The notes below the pieces were generated by a model, which had not been told where the DNA came from, did not search any database, and worked only from the letters and a program-made list of their open reading frames with translations. Below, piece after piece: positions 9,444 to 19,749 of a stretch of DNA of 64,000 nt; positions within the stretch are counted from its first letter, which is position 1; each line of letters begins with the position of its first letter. This DNA is from Candidatus Latescibacterota bacterium. Lineage in GTDB: Bacteria > Latescibacterota > UBA2968. Location of the stretch: positions 4,768,001 through 4,832,000 of the forward strand of contig OZ244960.1 in NCBI GenBank assembly GCA_965222605.1, given 5' to 3'. The translations under genes and the position numbers were made by a program.

Positions 9444-10751
9444 TCATATTTTTGCCAATAAGCTCGGTGCGAGTTTATCCCTTGTTTTGTGTGCCCAGGC
9501 TTGCAGGTGGGTTTTCAAATTTGCGGCGGTTTCAGAGCTTGCCATCTCTTGCCAGCGGTTTTGTCGTTCACCCGGATCGCTGGGCAAGTGATACAGTTCG
9601 GGTTTTCTAACGGTTGACAAAATTAGTTTCCAATCGCCTGACACCACACACCGCTCTTCTCCTTTAGCGAGATCGGGCTGATTGGGGCGTCCTCTTTTTT
9701 TGTCGATAAATGGCGTGTTTACCATGACGAGTGCCTCGCGCCCTGTTTTGCCGCCCTGTCGGATTGAATCGCTCAGATTTAGACCGTCGAGGCCCTCGGG
9801 CACCGCATATCCCATAAGGCCGAGGATCGTCGGTGTCAAATCGACCGAACTGATGAGGGATTCGCCGATTCCGCCGCTGGAAATTGCCGCGGGGAATCGC
9901 ATGAGCATGGGAATGCGTGCGGCGATATCATAACAGAGGCGTTTGCTGTGGTCATTCCAGCGGTGGTCAAAGTGGTGACCGTGTTCGGTCGTAAAGACGA
10001 CGAGGGTATTTTCTGCAATCCCTTTGTCATCGAGTGTTTTCAACAGATCACCCACCGCATCATCAACCGCTGTACACATCGCGTAGTACTTGCGTCGTTT
10101 TTCGTCATTGGGGTAGAGCTTCTGATAAAGTGCTTCGTATTTTTTGGGGACAGAATAAGGCGGATGGGGAGGATAATAGGACACATAAGCGCAGAATGGA
10201 CGCGCGTCATCTTTGCGAATAAAATCAATGGTGTCTTGTGTCAGCACATCCGTTTGATACACTTTTTTGTCGCCGATTGTGTAGTAATGCCCTTGTCCAC
10301 GGCCATCGCCGGGATATGTGGGCATTGTCTCCCAGGCGTCTCGCGCGGGGTCTCCCAGGTGCCATTTGCCAAAGTAGGCGCACCGATATCCCATAGATTT
10401 GAGAAAGTCTGGCAAAAGCGGTATTTTTGGGTTCAAATCCCATGTGTTTTCGAGCACTCCGTGATTGTGTGGATAAAGGCCCGAGACTATTGCGCCGCGA
10501 TTTGGCGCGCAGACGGGTTGTGCGGTATATGCCCTGTCGAATCGCATTCCGTCCGATGCCAACCGATCCAGATTGGGCGTTATAATTCCTTTTTTTCCAT
10601 AACATCCCACGCCATCTTGCCGGTGTTGGTCCGTCAAGATGAATAGCAGATTGGGTTTCGGTTCCGCAGCCGTCACGCCCATCATCGACAATCCCACAGC
10701 CGCGCTACTAACTGCTCCTAAGAAATCTCTCCGCGATACATTTTGTGCCAT
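9444..10751 (-). CDS. Tat-exported sulfatase (formylglycine-dependent)
   Basis: SRRDFL twin-arginine signal, PNLLFILTDQH, CAPNR (CxPxR) and GKWHLG. Confidence 0.92.
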   Translation of the reverse strand: MAQNVSRRDFLGAVSSAAVGLSMMGVTAAEPKPNLLFILTDQHRQDGVGCYGKKGIITPNLDRLASDGMRFDRAYTAQPVCAPNRGAIVSGLYPHNHGVLENTWDLNPKIPLLPDFLKSMGYRCAYFGKWHLGDPARDAWETMPTYPGDGRGQGHYYTIGDKKVYQTDVLTQDTIDFIRKDDARPFCAYVSYYPPHPPYSVPKKYEALYQKLYPNDEKRRKYYAMCTAVDDAVGDLLKTLDDKGIAENTLVVFTTEHGHHFDHRWNDHSKRLCYDIAARIPMLMRFPAAISSGGIGESLISSVDLTPTILGLMGYAVPEGLDGLNLSDSIRQGGKTGREALVMVNTPFIDKKRGRPNQPDLAKGEERCVVSGDWKLILSTVRKPELYHLPSDPGERQNRWQEMASSETAANLKTHLQAWAHKTRDKLAPSLLAKI

Positions 10752-10752
10752 A

Positions 10753-11805
10753 TCAATTCCCATCACACTTCACTAATCGCTTGCCAATATTATCACCTCG
10801 CAGCATGCCGATAAATGCACGGGGCGCGTTTTCCAGACCTTCGACAATATCTTCCCGGTAATTGAGCCGGCCTTCTTTTAGCCAGGCCGACATTTGCTGT
10901 AACCCCTCGGCGTGTTGATCTGCGAAATCGCTCACTAAAAATCCCTGCATCCGCAACCGCTTGCCAATAAAACCGCCCATCATCCGAGGTCCCATTTCCG
11001 GTTCGATGAGGTTGTATTGTGAAATTTGTCCGCAAACGGAAATCCGGCCCCACATGTTCATAAGAGAAAAGACCGCATCGGTAATGCTTCCGCCCACGTT
11101 GTCAAAATACACATCGACGCCATTGGGGCATAAGCGTTGTAATTCGGCGCGATAATCCGCTGTGGTTTTGTAATTGAACGCGCCGTCAAAACCCAGGCCG
11201 TCAAGGACGTATCCCACTTTCTCATCGCTGCCAGCTATGCCAATGGCGCGACATCCTTTGATTTTTGCAATTTGCCCGACCAGCGATCCCACGGCACCGG
11301 CTGCTGCCGCAACCACTACGGTCTCGCCGGCTTTGGGTTTACCGACTTCTAACAAACCAAAATAGGCTGTCAATCCCGGCATGCCGAGAATGCCGAGTGC
11401 GGTTGAAACGGGTCCCATCGAAGGATCTATTTTTCGGAGGCCCTGTGCTGCTGAAATCCCGTAAGTCTGCCATCCGTGATCGGACCAGACAATATCACCG
11501 ATATCGAAGTTGGGATCGTTGGATGCGATTACTTCGCTTACACTCCGCCCAATCATAACCGCACCAATTTCTACATTTGGCGCGTAGGATTTTCGATCAT
11601 TGATGCGCCCGCGCATGTAGGGGTCAACGGAGAGGTACTGCGTTTTCAAGAGGAGTTCTCCTTCACCGGGTTCGGGAATGGGCGATTCTTCAATTGAGAA
11701 GTCGGATGTTTTGGGATAGCCGACTGGACGCGCAGCCAATCGAATTTGAATATTCTTTTTTGCCATAGAAACAATGCTCCTGATTTTGCGGTGGGTGTAT
11801 CTCAT
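10753..11805 (-). CDS. NADP-dependent oxidoreductase (CurA-like), paralogue of 3027-4028
   Basis: SVDPYMRGR, GMPGLTAYFGLLEVG and CGQISQYN are shared with the first copy. Confidence 0.92.
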   Translation of the reverse strand: MRYTHRKIRSIVSMAKKNIQIRLAARPVGYPKTSDFSIEESPIPEPGEGELLLKTQYLSVDPYMRGRINDRKSYAPNVEIGAVMIGRSVSEVIASNDPNFDIGDIVWSDHGWQTYGISAAQGLRKIDPSMGPVSTALGILGMPGLTAYFGLLEVGKPKAGETVVVAAAAGAVGSLVGQIAKIKGCRAIGIAGSDEKVGYVLDGLGFDGAFNYKTTADYRAELQRLCPNGVDVYFDNVGGSITDAVFSLMNMWGRISVCGQISQYNLIEPEMGPRMMGGFIGKRLRMQGFLVSDFADQHAEGLQQMSAWLKEGRLNYREDIVEGLENAPRAFIGMLRGDNIGKRLVKCDGN

Positions 11806-12836
11806 TCTGCATAAACGGCTTCTCGCAAGCCTTTCAGATATCCGACGGCAAATAGTCGCGCGATGCCGTGTTCGTCGCCAAAGTGGTCATCCCCCATTTT
11901 GGGATAGTGGTCTGGACGGCAAACGCCGTCAAAGCCAATGTCTCGATAGGCGCGCAAACACGCGACGAGGTCTGTTTTTCCATCGTCGTGAAATGCTTCT
12001 TCGAATTTATCGGGTTGACCGACAACATCGCGAATGTGCAAGAAGTGGATTTTTTTCTGTTCGCCAAAGTGCCGGATGACCGAGGGCAAATCGTCAGTCA
12101 TCAGTGTAAAATTGCCCTGGCAAAGTCCAATGCCATTCATTGGACTCGGCACGATATCAACGAGTTTTTGGTAGTTTTTAACGCTGCTCATAATGCGCGC
12201 AATACCGCGGATGGGCGACAGCGGTGGGTCGTCGGGATGCAGGGCCAGTTTGACGTTGGCCTCTTCGGCCACGGGTACAATGCGCTCCAGAAAATACTTC
12301 AGATTGACCCACTGTTGCTCCTCTGTCACGGACGCCGCGGGGATCTCTTGCTCGGCTATTGGCACGCCGTCAATATTGTGTATGGGACGCTCGGCAGGGT
12401 TGCCTTGTGATTCCAGTGCTTCGAGATCAAATCCGCTTACATGCGCGCCACCCCGAGAGGAAATGGATCGAGATGTACGCATAACCCCCAGAATAGGCAT
12501 CCACGCATAGCACCACACGGGGATTTCGAGTTTGCCCATGTTCCTGAGCAGTTCACATACCACCTCAATTTCTTCGTCTCGTCCGGGCAGTCCCAATTTG
12601 ATCTTTTCCATGGGCGGCCGCGATTCAATAACCTCAAGGGATATTCCGCTTGCTTCGTAAGCGGCTTTTGCTTTTGCCAGCGATGTGTAACTCCAGGGCT
12701 GTTCTTCCGGCTCTGCGTCCGGTTTTGGGCGCAATGTTATGCCCCCAACCGCACCTTCGACCCCGCATTGTTTCATGAGCGTCCACCGCTGATTGGCTTG
12801 TGGTGGCGCCAGAATAGCAATTCTCAGCATGACCAT
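11802..12836 (-). CDS. uxuA: Mannonate dehydratase
   Basis: IKLGLPGRDEEIE, LALHPDDPP, HIRDV and RPDH.P motifs. Confidence 0.88.
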   Translation of the reverse strand: MVMLRIAILAPPQANQRWTLMKQCGVEGAVGGITLRPKPDAEPEEQPWSYTSLAKAKAAYEASGISLEVIESRPPMEKIKLGLPGRDEEIEVVCELLRNMGKLEIPVWCYAWMPILGVMRTSRSISSRGGAHVSGFDLEALESQGNPAERPIHNIDGVPIAEQEIPAASVTEEQQWVNLKYFLERIVPVAEEANVKLALHPDDPPLSPIRGIARIMSSVKNYQKLVDIVPSPMNGIGLCQGNFTLMTDDLPSVIRHFGEQKKIHFLHIRDVVGQPDKFEEAFHDDGKTDLVACLRAYRDIGFDGVCRPDHYPKMGDDHFGDEHGIARLFAVGYLKGLREAVYAE

Positions 12837-13020
12837 TTCCTTTCACTGTTGATGTTTACGCCATCTCCGTCGCTGTCCAATATATGCAGACCGAATGCGA
12901 CATGCCATAAAAAATCCATCGTCAATAGCGCGGTCTAAATGGCTTTTGGGAAGTTGTGCTCTTATATATATTGGCAATGACAAAAGGCAATCACTATCTG
13001 GCAGACCAGGAGGCTCTGTT

Positions 13021-14154
13021 ATGACCTATAAACTGCTGGCGCAGTTGTACCCCGCTTGGAAAATCTTCGCTGTTATCCTGCTGATTACACCACCTCTGTT
13101 TGCCCAGGAGCAATCCGAAAATCGCAACCAGAGCGCGGCGGAGCGGTTTTTTGCACGCAATGACAAAAATAAAGACGGCAAATTGTCGCGGGAGGAATTT
13201 CCCGAACGACAGCGCCGTCTGTTTGAGCAAATTGACACAGATAAAGATGGCTTTGTCACACTTGAAGAAGATATTTTTTATCGCAATAATCGACGGAGGA
13301 ATACCGTGAACATTCCAGAAGGTGTAACTGTCCACCGAGACCTGATCTACGGACGAGTTGGGGAAAGAGAACTTCCCCTCGATCTCTATCTTCCGCCCGA
13401 TACATCATCTGCTGTGCCCGTGGTGATATGGATTCACGGGGGTGGTTGGCGTGGGGGATCCAAAGGCAATGGCGGGCGGGCACTCAATATGACTAAGCGC
13501 GGATTTGCCGTGGTTGATGTAGAATATCGACTCAGCGGCGAAGCTCTCTTTCCAGCGCAAATTGAAGACTGCAAAACAGCTGTGCGCTGGGTGAGAGCAA
13601 ATGCAAAAAAATACAATCTCGACCCCGACCGCATCGGCGCGTGGGGGTCGTCTGCTGGAGGACATCTCGTGGCGATGATGGGATTAACGCATGATGAAAA
13701 TGTATTTGAAACGGATGATCACAGCCAATATTCGAGCCAGGTACAGGTGATATGCAATTGGTTTGGCCCTACAGATTTTTTGCGTATGAATGATTTTGAA
13801 GGCCGAATTGATCACGATGCAGCCGATTCGCCCGAGTCCAGATTGATTGGTGGCCCCATTCAGGAAAATAAGGAGAAGGTCGCTGCGGCCAATCCCATTA
13901 CTTATGTCAGCAAAAACGACCCGCCCATGCTCATCATGCACGGGGAGAAAGATCAGTCGGTTCCCTATAACCAGAGCGAATTGCTCTATGCCGCGATGCA
14001 AAAAGTGGGTTTGGATGTCACGCTCTACAAGGTTGTCAATGCCGATCACGGCTTTCGCAATGCCACGCAAGATAGTGCGGCATCGCTTTTTGAAATGTCC
14101 GCTCAATTTTTAGAAAAACATCTCAAATCTCAAACTGATGCCGCATCGCCATAA
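13021..14154 (+). CDS. Secreted alpha/beta hydrolase (esterase, BD-FAE-like) with an N-terminal EF-hand pair
   Basis: Signal peptide; [12 protein letters not shown] and [14 protein letters not shown]-hands; HGGGW; GSSAG nucleophile; HGEKD...H triad. Confidence 0.9.
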   Translation: MTYKLLAQLYPAWKIFAVILLITPPLFAQEQSENRNQSAAERFFARNDKNKDGKLSREEFPERQRRLFEQIDTDKDGFVTLEEDIFYRNNRRRNTVNIPEGVTVHRDLIYGRVGERELPLDLYLPPDTSSAVPVVIWIHGGGWRGGSKGNGGRALNMTKRGFAVVDVEYRLSGEALFPAQIEDCKTAVRWVRANAKKYNLDPDRIGAWGSSAGGHLVAMMGLTHDENVFETDDHSQYSSQVQVICNWFGPTDFLRMNDFEGRIDHDAADSPESRLIGGPIQENKEKVAAANPITYVSKNDPPMLIMHGEKDQSVPYNQSELLYAAMQKVGLDVTLYKVVNADHGFRNATQDSAASLFEMSAQFLEKHLKSQTDAASP

Positions 14155-14160
14155 GAATGA

Positions 14161-14200
14161 AAAAGCCCTGTGGATGAAGTTCCACAAGGCTCTTGTTTTT
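14161..14200. terminator. Rho-independent terminator
   Basis: Hairpin aaaagcc-ctgtgga...tccacaaggc followed by a T-rich run. Confidence 0.6.
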
Positions 14201-14222
14201 CGAAACGATAGGCATTAGTAAG

Positions 14223-14828
14223 TCAACGAAACTCCAAACTCGCCACAATTTGCTCATATTCGGATCGCGGATAGCCGGCGTCCCGGCTGCCATTACCGAT
14301 CATGTAATACCCCACCTGATTGTGGATGGCTATGGCTACGAGAAATCGGGTGCCGGGATATGCTCGGTTGGAGCGTTCCAGTTGAGAATAGCGGAATTGC
14401 CACTGAATTGCCTCGCCCACCTTGAGTGGGACGCGCTGTTTTTCGCCAATGACCTGATATTGATTAAATGCCCGCATTAGATACTGCTCTTCAAAATTCT
14501 GAACGAGTCGATCCAGTGTCATTGTGGTGAAGCCAGCTGGTAGTGCTTGTGGCTCCAGGCGCATTTGCGGACGAAATTCACCTGTAAATGCAGGACTGAG
14601 AATGCGTACGGTTACAGGTGATAAACCATTGATATCTCTTTGTGATGTAAGGGTTGCTACATCGATACCCCATTGGTCGCTGGGACGACTGATTTGAAAT
14701 CCCCATGAGTTGTTGACATACACAAGCCCGTCTAAACTGGTTTCAGGCTCTGTGGGGATTGGCTTACACCCAGAAGTTGCCAACAGGCTACACAGCGCGA
14801 AAGCGCAAAATATTCGGGCGCGTATCAT
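14223..14828 (-). CDS. Hypothetical lipoprotein (PsbP/DcrB-like fold possible)
   Basis: GAGGAG RBS, lipobox ATSGC, YVNNSWGFQISRPS..W and C-terminal IVASLEF. Confidence 0.7.
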   Translation of the reverse strand: MIRARIFCAFALCSLLATSGCKPIPTEPETSLDGLVYVNNSWGFQISRPSDQWGIDVATLTSQRDINGLSPVTVRILSPAFTGEFRPQMRLEPQALPAGFTTMTLDRLVQNFEEQYLMRAFNQYQVIGEKQRVPLKVGEAIQWQFRYSQLERSNRAYPGTRFLVAIAIHNQVGYYMIGNGSRDAGYPRSEYEQIVASLEFR

Positions 14829-14872
14829 ATCAATCTCCTCATTGATCAATCGCGAAAGCGGACAAGTACTTA

Positions 14873-17794
14873 TTATTTGACGCCAGATAGCTTGGCTGTG
14901 TTCCTGTCGCGTTGGAGCAATTCCGGGTGCAGGCGATAAAATATCGCTTCTATCTGCTTCAGACCCTCTGCTTGCACCACAAAACGTCCATCGATTACTA
15001 CAGTCGGCGACTTTGTTGGTATCACGCCGAGTGCTCGAGCAGTGGCGTGTATTTCTGCTCTGTTGTCTTTCCCGCTGATGGCAATGCCCATCTGTTTTAA
15101 GCAGTTTACTACAGAAGATGTGTCGGAAGATGCCTTTTGCTTGTGGCACAACAGGAGGTCAATCATCCGCTTGGGTGCGACCTTTTGGGCCTGCCGAAAT
15201 AGCGCGTTTTGTTTGTCATTGCCTACAAAATGCAGGCGTAAGCGCTCGGGTGCCTGGACTTTTTTGACCCATTGTAAGAGTCGTTCTGCTATTTGTAATG
15301 CTGGAGACACACTAACATCCATAAATAGGTCCATACCACCTAAATTCTGGCCTTGAAAAACTCGTGCAATTGGTGTCAATAGCACGGTTGGCACAAAATG
15401 ATCACCAACGCGCTGCATCAAGTGTGCAAACCGATTAAAATGGGCTGTTTTCTCAAATTCATTATTCAGCACATAAGCTGGCACCCGATCCAGCCTATAA
15501 AGCGCAATCAGGTTCTGTCCCATCTCGCTGTTCACCTCTACGGTTTGGAACTCAGCACCGGGAAAGAGCGATAGTGTGGATCGAATAAACGAATACGTAT
15601 CACACACTGTACAGGTCGCGTCGTTGAGAATGGTCGTTTGAAAAGAGATGGGATCGCGCATTTCGCATTGCGCGCGGGGTGTTCCGCCGTTTAAGCACAG
15701 GCCAACTTTGTCCGAATGTACACAATCCCGATCGCTGAGGCATTCGGGAACATCGGCGCAGAAGGGCAAATTTTTGTCATTGCGACAGATGAACTGCGCC
15801 ACCTCATGAGAAGACGTTTTGACATCGCGCCCATTCACGCGCAATGTGGGCGAGGCGTTAACGCTCAGTAGATTGGCTCGGCGGATATTTTCGGCAAATA
15901 GCGTTTCACCCGCATCGTTTTCGGATAATTCGGCGATTTTGTCTGCATCCATGTTCACCTGTGTTGCACAAACCCGCCAATCGGTCGCAATACCCGATTT
16001 GTTGCGACACAAAATGTAATCCCAGAACCGATCGGGATACAGCGACATCACAACGGTTTGTCGAATGCCTTCGGCTATTTCTCTATCGCCGTGTAAGCTG
16101 CGAAAGCGGCCCGATCCCGTCGCGGTCGTCGCCTGACATCCAGGCTCTGTTGTCCGTGTCGTGCGTGCGGCAGGAGGAGGCGATGCGACATCCTTTGCAC
16201 TTGCTTCATCTGCGATAAAATACAGATGGAAATCGATTTGATCCCTCAATTTGTGAAACAGAGGGGCAAGGGTTTGTTCTGCACGTATGCCATAGGGACA
16301 ATCCGCCATCACAAATAGCTCGACGAGGGGGCGGCCATCTCGGCTCTGTCCCGTTTCACCTTGCTCTGTGTCCGATTTAGTTATTGAGTGAGAAGAACCG
16401 TGCCCCTTGTGATTTACTTCTGCCAGCATATCGGCAAATCGGGTGTCAAAGTCGGGCGTCTGGTTTGCATCGTGACAGCGTTGGCACAAATCGGGAAATG
16501 GCGTGCGGCGGATATTGCGGACTTCGGGACGCCGCGCGTGTTGTTCTCCTGGTCCGTGACACACTTCGCACTGCACATTTGTAAGTCGTTTGGCATCTTT
16601 GCCAATTCGGAACCCCGTGGGATATCCAAATCCCGTGGTGTGACAGGTTACGCAGTCGGGCTGATAGTGTTTTTGTTTTTGCAACAAGCGGTTAAATGCA
16701 TTCGCATGATGCGAATGTTCCCAGTCTGTAACCTCGGCAGGATGGCATCCTTTACACGTTTCTACCCCCACATATCTGTTGGTGCCCTGACGCACCTGAT
16801 CTTCCAGTGCAAATCCCGCAAATCTCGGTCGCCCCGTCTGCTGCAACGCCGAATTTTTTTGAACCAGATTGTAAAATTCATCCACGAGCCGTTTCACTGT
16901 GCGGTCTTCGCCAATGGATTCCGAGATCAATATGGGGGTGATTTGTTCTGCTGTCACCTGTCCATTTTCTACGGTCAATATCGCCTGTCCAATTGCCTTA
17001 CCCTGGGGGTGGGTACCCAGCAACAGGGTATTGCCGATCCGATGGGTTGTCTCTGTTGATCGAGCGCTGATCACGATATCTATATCGGCGATGTGTTGTA
17101 CGAGGTCGCGTTCTGCATCTCGATCCAAATCGCTCAATACAACTATGAGATCGGTCTTTTGGTGCAATTGTGCAACTGCCTCTTTCACGCCATCAAGCTC
17201 AACTGTTATACCATCGGGCATATTTATGTGAGAGACCCCCATTGCCATACCGTGTACTTCAATCTCTCGTTCACTCGCTACACCTATGAGACCTACGCGC
17301 ACATCGCCCGCGTTCAAAATTCGCACGGGCGCACCCATTTGCACGCCATTTATCTTTAAATTTGCACTTACAAAAGGGACGCCAATTGAATCGCGCATGG
17401 TTTCAAAGAACGCTTGCCCAAAACGCAACTCTCCCACACCGACATTGGCCGCGTCGTAATGGATGGCTTTCATGGCTTTCAAATGTATCTTGCAACGCAA
17501 TTGATCCAATACTGTATCGCCTGCAAATAGGCTACCGGCATCTAATAATAGTGCATTGGGATACGACAGTTTTAAGTCGTTTACCATTGTTGCACGCCGC
17601 GCAATGCCGCCGAGCTGATTGTCCGCACAGCCACACACTTCGAGGAAACTCTGTGTGTCTCCTGTATAAAGCAATACTACTTCCGCCGCTTTACTTTGTC
17701 CGATGAGACAAAAGACAGCTAATAGGAAACACAAAACGAAGGGTGCCCCGACTATTGATCTTTCACAATCCCATCTGTGTCCATCTGTGTTCAT
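14873..17794 (-). CDS. Exported fusion: UshA/5'-nucleotidase-like metallophosphoesterase + tetraheme cytochrome c554-like domain + GILT/DsbA-like thioredoxin-fold domains
   Basis: LLYTGD...EVCGC...GGIARRAT and LLDAG; CxxCH four times (CKGCH, CVTCH, CEVCH, CQRCH); ELFVMADCPYG and SLHG. The start is probably 17794 because the ATG at 17884 lies inside the lepB terminator. Confidence 0.82.
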   Translation of the reverse strand: MNTDGHRWDCERSIVGAPFVLCFLLAVFCLIGQSKAAEVVLLYTGDTQSFLEVCGCADNQLGGIARRATMVNDLKLSYPNALLLDAGSLFAGDTVLDQLRCKIHLKAMKAIHYDAANVGVGELRFGQAFFETMRDSIGVPFVSANLKINGVQMGAPVRILNAGDVRVGLIGVASEREIEVHGMAMGVSHINMPDGITVELDGVKEAVAQLHQKTDLIVVLSDLDRDAERDLVQHIADIDIVISARSTETTHRIGNTLLLGTHPQGKAIGQAILTVENGQVTAEQITPILISESIGEDRTVKRLVDEFYNLVQKNSALQQTGRPRFAGFALEDQVRQGTNRYVGVETCKGCHPAEVTDWEHSHHANAFNRLLQKQKHYQPDCVTCHTTGFGYPTGFRIGKDAKRLTNVQCEVCHGPGEQHARRPEVRNIRRTPFPDLCQRCHDANQTPDFDTRFADMLAEVNHKGHGSSHSITKSDTEQGETGQSRDGRPLVELFVMADCPYGIRAEQTLAPLFHKLRDQIDFHLYFIADEASAKDVASPPPAARTTRTTEPGCQATTATGSGRFRSLHGDREIAEGIRQTVVMSLYPDRFWDYILCRNKSGIATDWRVCATQVNMDADKIAELSENDAGETLFAENIRRANLLSVNASPTLRVNGRDVKTSSHEVAQFICRNDKNLPFCADVPECLSDRDCVHSDKVGLCLNGGTPRAQCEMRDPISFQTTILNDATCTVCDTYSFIRSTLSLFPGAEFQTVEVNSEMGQNLIALYRLDRVPAYVLNNEFEKTAHFNRFAHLMQRVGDHFVPTVLLTPIARVFQGQNLGGMDLFMDVSVSPALQIAERLLQWVKKVQAPERLRLHFVGNDKQNALFRQAQKVAPKRMIDLLLCHKQKASSDTSSVVNCLKQMGIAISGKDNRAEIHATARALGVIPTKSPTVVIDGRFVVQAEGLKQIEAIFYRLHPELLQRDRNTAKLSGVK

Positions 17795-17835
17795 ACTCGC
17801 TGCGCTCCGTTGTAGGCTACGCCTGTGCTGTGGTT
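17771..17835. repeat. CATCTGTG-type repeat with a nested 33-bp insertion
   Basis: CCATCTGTGT twice, then TCAT, 33 bp, then CTGTGGTT. Confidence 0.6.
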
Positions 17836-17860
17836 GCTTTCTGTTTTCTGAATTTTGCCT

Positions 17861-17892
17861 GTAAAAAAAGGCCCGATAGTTCATCGGGCCTC
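17861..17892 (-). terminator. Rho-independent terminator downstream of lepB
   Basis: Minus strand aggcccgat-gaact-atcgggcc-ttttttt. Confidence 0.8.
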
Positions 17893-17913
17893 ATAGATAC
17901 CATTTTCATTCGG

Positions 17914-18579
17914 TTATTCCAACAAGCCCAGCCTGCTCCAGCGAATTTTTTCAAAAATATTCCACAGGGGCTTTTGGCTGTCCCAGGAATAGTAAATAAA
18001 TAATGGGTGTGCTTTTACTTTTTCCATGGATACCATCCCCCAAAAGCGGCTGTCGTAACTGCTGTCGCGATTGTCTCCCATCGCAAAAAAGTGTCCCGGC
18101 GGCACTGTGCGCGGTCCGTAGTTGTCGCGTGGGCTGTGCTGTTTGGCTTCCACTCTGGGGTCTTCGTGCTTAACACCTTCTGGGTTTTCAAATCGCTTTC
18201 CATCTACATACACAATTTTGTTTTTGATTTCCACTGTCTGCCCTTCAATCGCAATACACCGCTTGATAAAATCGCGCGATTCATCGCGGGGAAATTCAAA
18301 AATCACCAGATCTCCCGGTTGAGGTGTTGAAAATCCCGGCACGCGAAATGAGGGCAATTTGGTATTCAGAATGGGCACGCGGTCGGGGATTTGCGTGCCA
18401 AACGTCAGTTTATCACCCAATACGTAATCCCCTTCTAATAGCGTATCTTCCATTGATCCCGAGGGAATATGATACGCTTGCACCAGCGTTCCCCGGATCA
18501 AAATGGCTAAAAATATGGCGATTCCAAATTCTCGCAACGCGCTCCGTTTTTGCTTCTTTTTGGTGTTTCTTTTTAGCAT
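17914..18579 (-). CDS. lepB: Signal peptidase I
   Basis: IPSGSMEDTL (catalytic Ser), FIKRC (Lys) and GDNRDSSYDSRFWG. Confidence 0.95.
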   Translation of the reverse strand: MLKRNTKKKQKRSALREFGIAIFLAILIRGTLVQAYHIPSGSMEDTLLEGDYVLGDKLTFGTQIPDRVPILNTKLPSFRVPGFSTPQPGDLVIFEFPRDESRDFIKRCIAIEGQTVEIKNKIVYVDGKRFENPEGVKHEDPRVEAKQHSPRDNYGPRTVPPGHFFAMGDNRDSSYDSRFWGMVSMEKVKAHPLFIYYSWDSQKPLWNIFEKIRWSRLGLLE

Positions 18580-18649
18580 AGTCCTACCTTTGTGAATTAC
18601 TGCGTTGTGCTCTGCGTGCAGTGCGGGATAACTAACCTGACTGCTTTCT

Positions 18650-19627
18650 TCAACGATTTTGTGAAAAATAAGTTCGCTCGGGTTGGCCCGTTTCAGCAGA
18701 TTTGTTTGCCGCGAGTGAAATGTCGAGGCTACGCAAACCCTCTTCAAAGTCAGATAAGATTCCCGATCCATCTCCCGAACGAATTGCAGCCATAAATACT
18801 TCGTCAATATCTTCCGATTCGGGTATTTCGCCGACTTCAGCCGCACCGCCTGGAAATACGGTTACGCCATTTCCATCGACGGTCGCTCGCATATCGCGCA
18901 TGATTATATCCGTACCATTTGACCCACCGCCTTCACGGAGAACGCAGGTGGAACTCAGCGTGCCCACAGCGCCATTTTCAAATTTGAGCGATAGGGCATA
19001 TACATCGGGGATATCGAGATTTTCGACATCGTTCAATGCGCGGGTGGCATAATACGCGTGTACTTCTGCAACATCGCCCACGAGGTAGCGCAATAAGTCA
19101 ATCTGATGTGTGGTCTGTTCGACAATTTGCCCACCCGACTGCGCCATCACGCGCCACCATGGGGTGCCAGGCAAACCGCCCCATCGATAGGCCAGGGCCA
19201 TGGCGACGGGCTTGTCTTTCAAAAATTCACGCCCCTGTTTTGCCCATCCCGTATATCGCTGTTGATAGCCGACAGAGGTCAATACGCCCGATTTTTGAAC
19301 GGCTTGTAGAATTTCCAATCCCTTTTCCATTGACGGCACTACGGGTTTTTCCAATAACATGTGTACGCCCTGTTGCGCCGCCAAGATCTCCGCGTCATAA
19401 TGTGCAAATGTCGGTACGACCACATACATTGCGGTCAAATTTTCTTTGTCCAGCATTACGCGATAGTCGGTATAAGCCGTGCCACCAAATTCTGAAGTCG
19501 CGCTTTGTGCCGTTTCTTCTTTTATGTCACAAATTGCAACGATCTCGACATCTTCTATATTGGCTAACGCACGCATATGCGACCGCGCCCGTCCTCCAGC
19601 ACCCACAAAACCCACATTAATGCCCAT
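18650..19627 (-). CDS. Gfo/Idh/MocA family oxidoreductase
   Basis: VGFVGAGGRA, LEKP and EQTTHQID. Confidence 0.92.
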   Translation of the reverse strand: MGINVGFVGAGGRARSHMRALANIEDVEIVAICDIKEETAQSATSEFGGTAYTDYRVMLDKENLTAMYVVVPTFAHYDAEILAAQQGVHMLLEKPVVPSMEKGLEILQAVQKSGVLTSVGYQQRYTGWAKQGREFLKDKPVAMALAYRWGGLPGTPWWRVMAQSGGQIVEQTTHQIDLLRYLVGDVAEVHAYYATRALNDVENLDIPDVYALSLKFENGAVGTLSSTCVLREGGGSNGTDIIMRDMRATVDGNGVTVFPGGAAEVGEIPESEDIDEVFMAAIRSGDGSGILSDFEEGLRSLDISLAANKSAETGQPERTYFSQNR

Positions 19628-19704
19628 TTATATCCTCCATGTATTTTTTTGTTCAAAAATAGACTGCATGACCAGAACTGTCAACCAGAAAGCCTGCAAG
19701 CAAT

Positions 19705-19748
19705 GCGTGCCTCTTCCCAGATGGGCGCGTACAGAGGCACGCTCATAC
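19705..19748 (-). repeat. Degenerate GTAG-family REP-like palindrome
   Basis: Minus strand GTATGAGCGTGCCTCTGTACGCGCCC plus an inverted partial copy; resembles the element at 48829-48855. Confidence 0.55.
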
Positions 19749-19749
19749 A

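Noticed and set aside
17620-17645. Possible selenocysteine in the UshA-like CxU motif
   Set aside because: The codons are TGT-GGC-TGT (CGC); there is no in-frame TGA.
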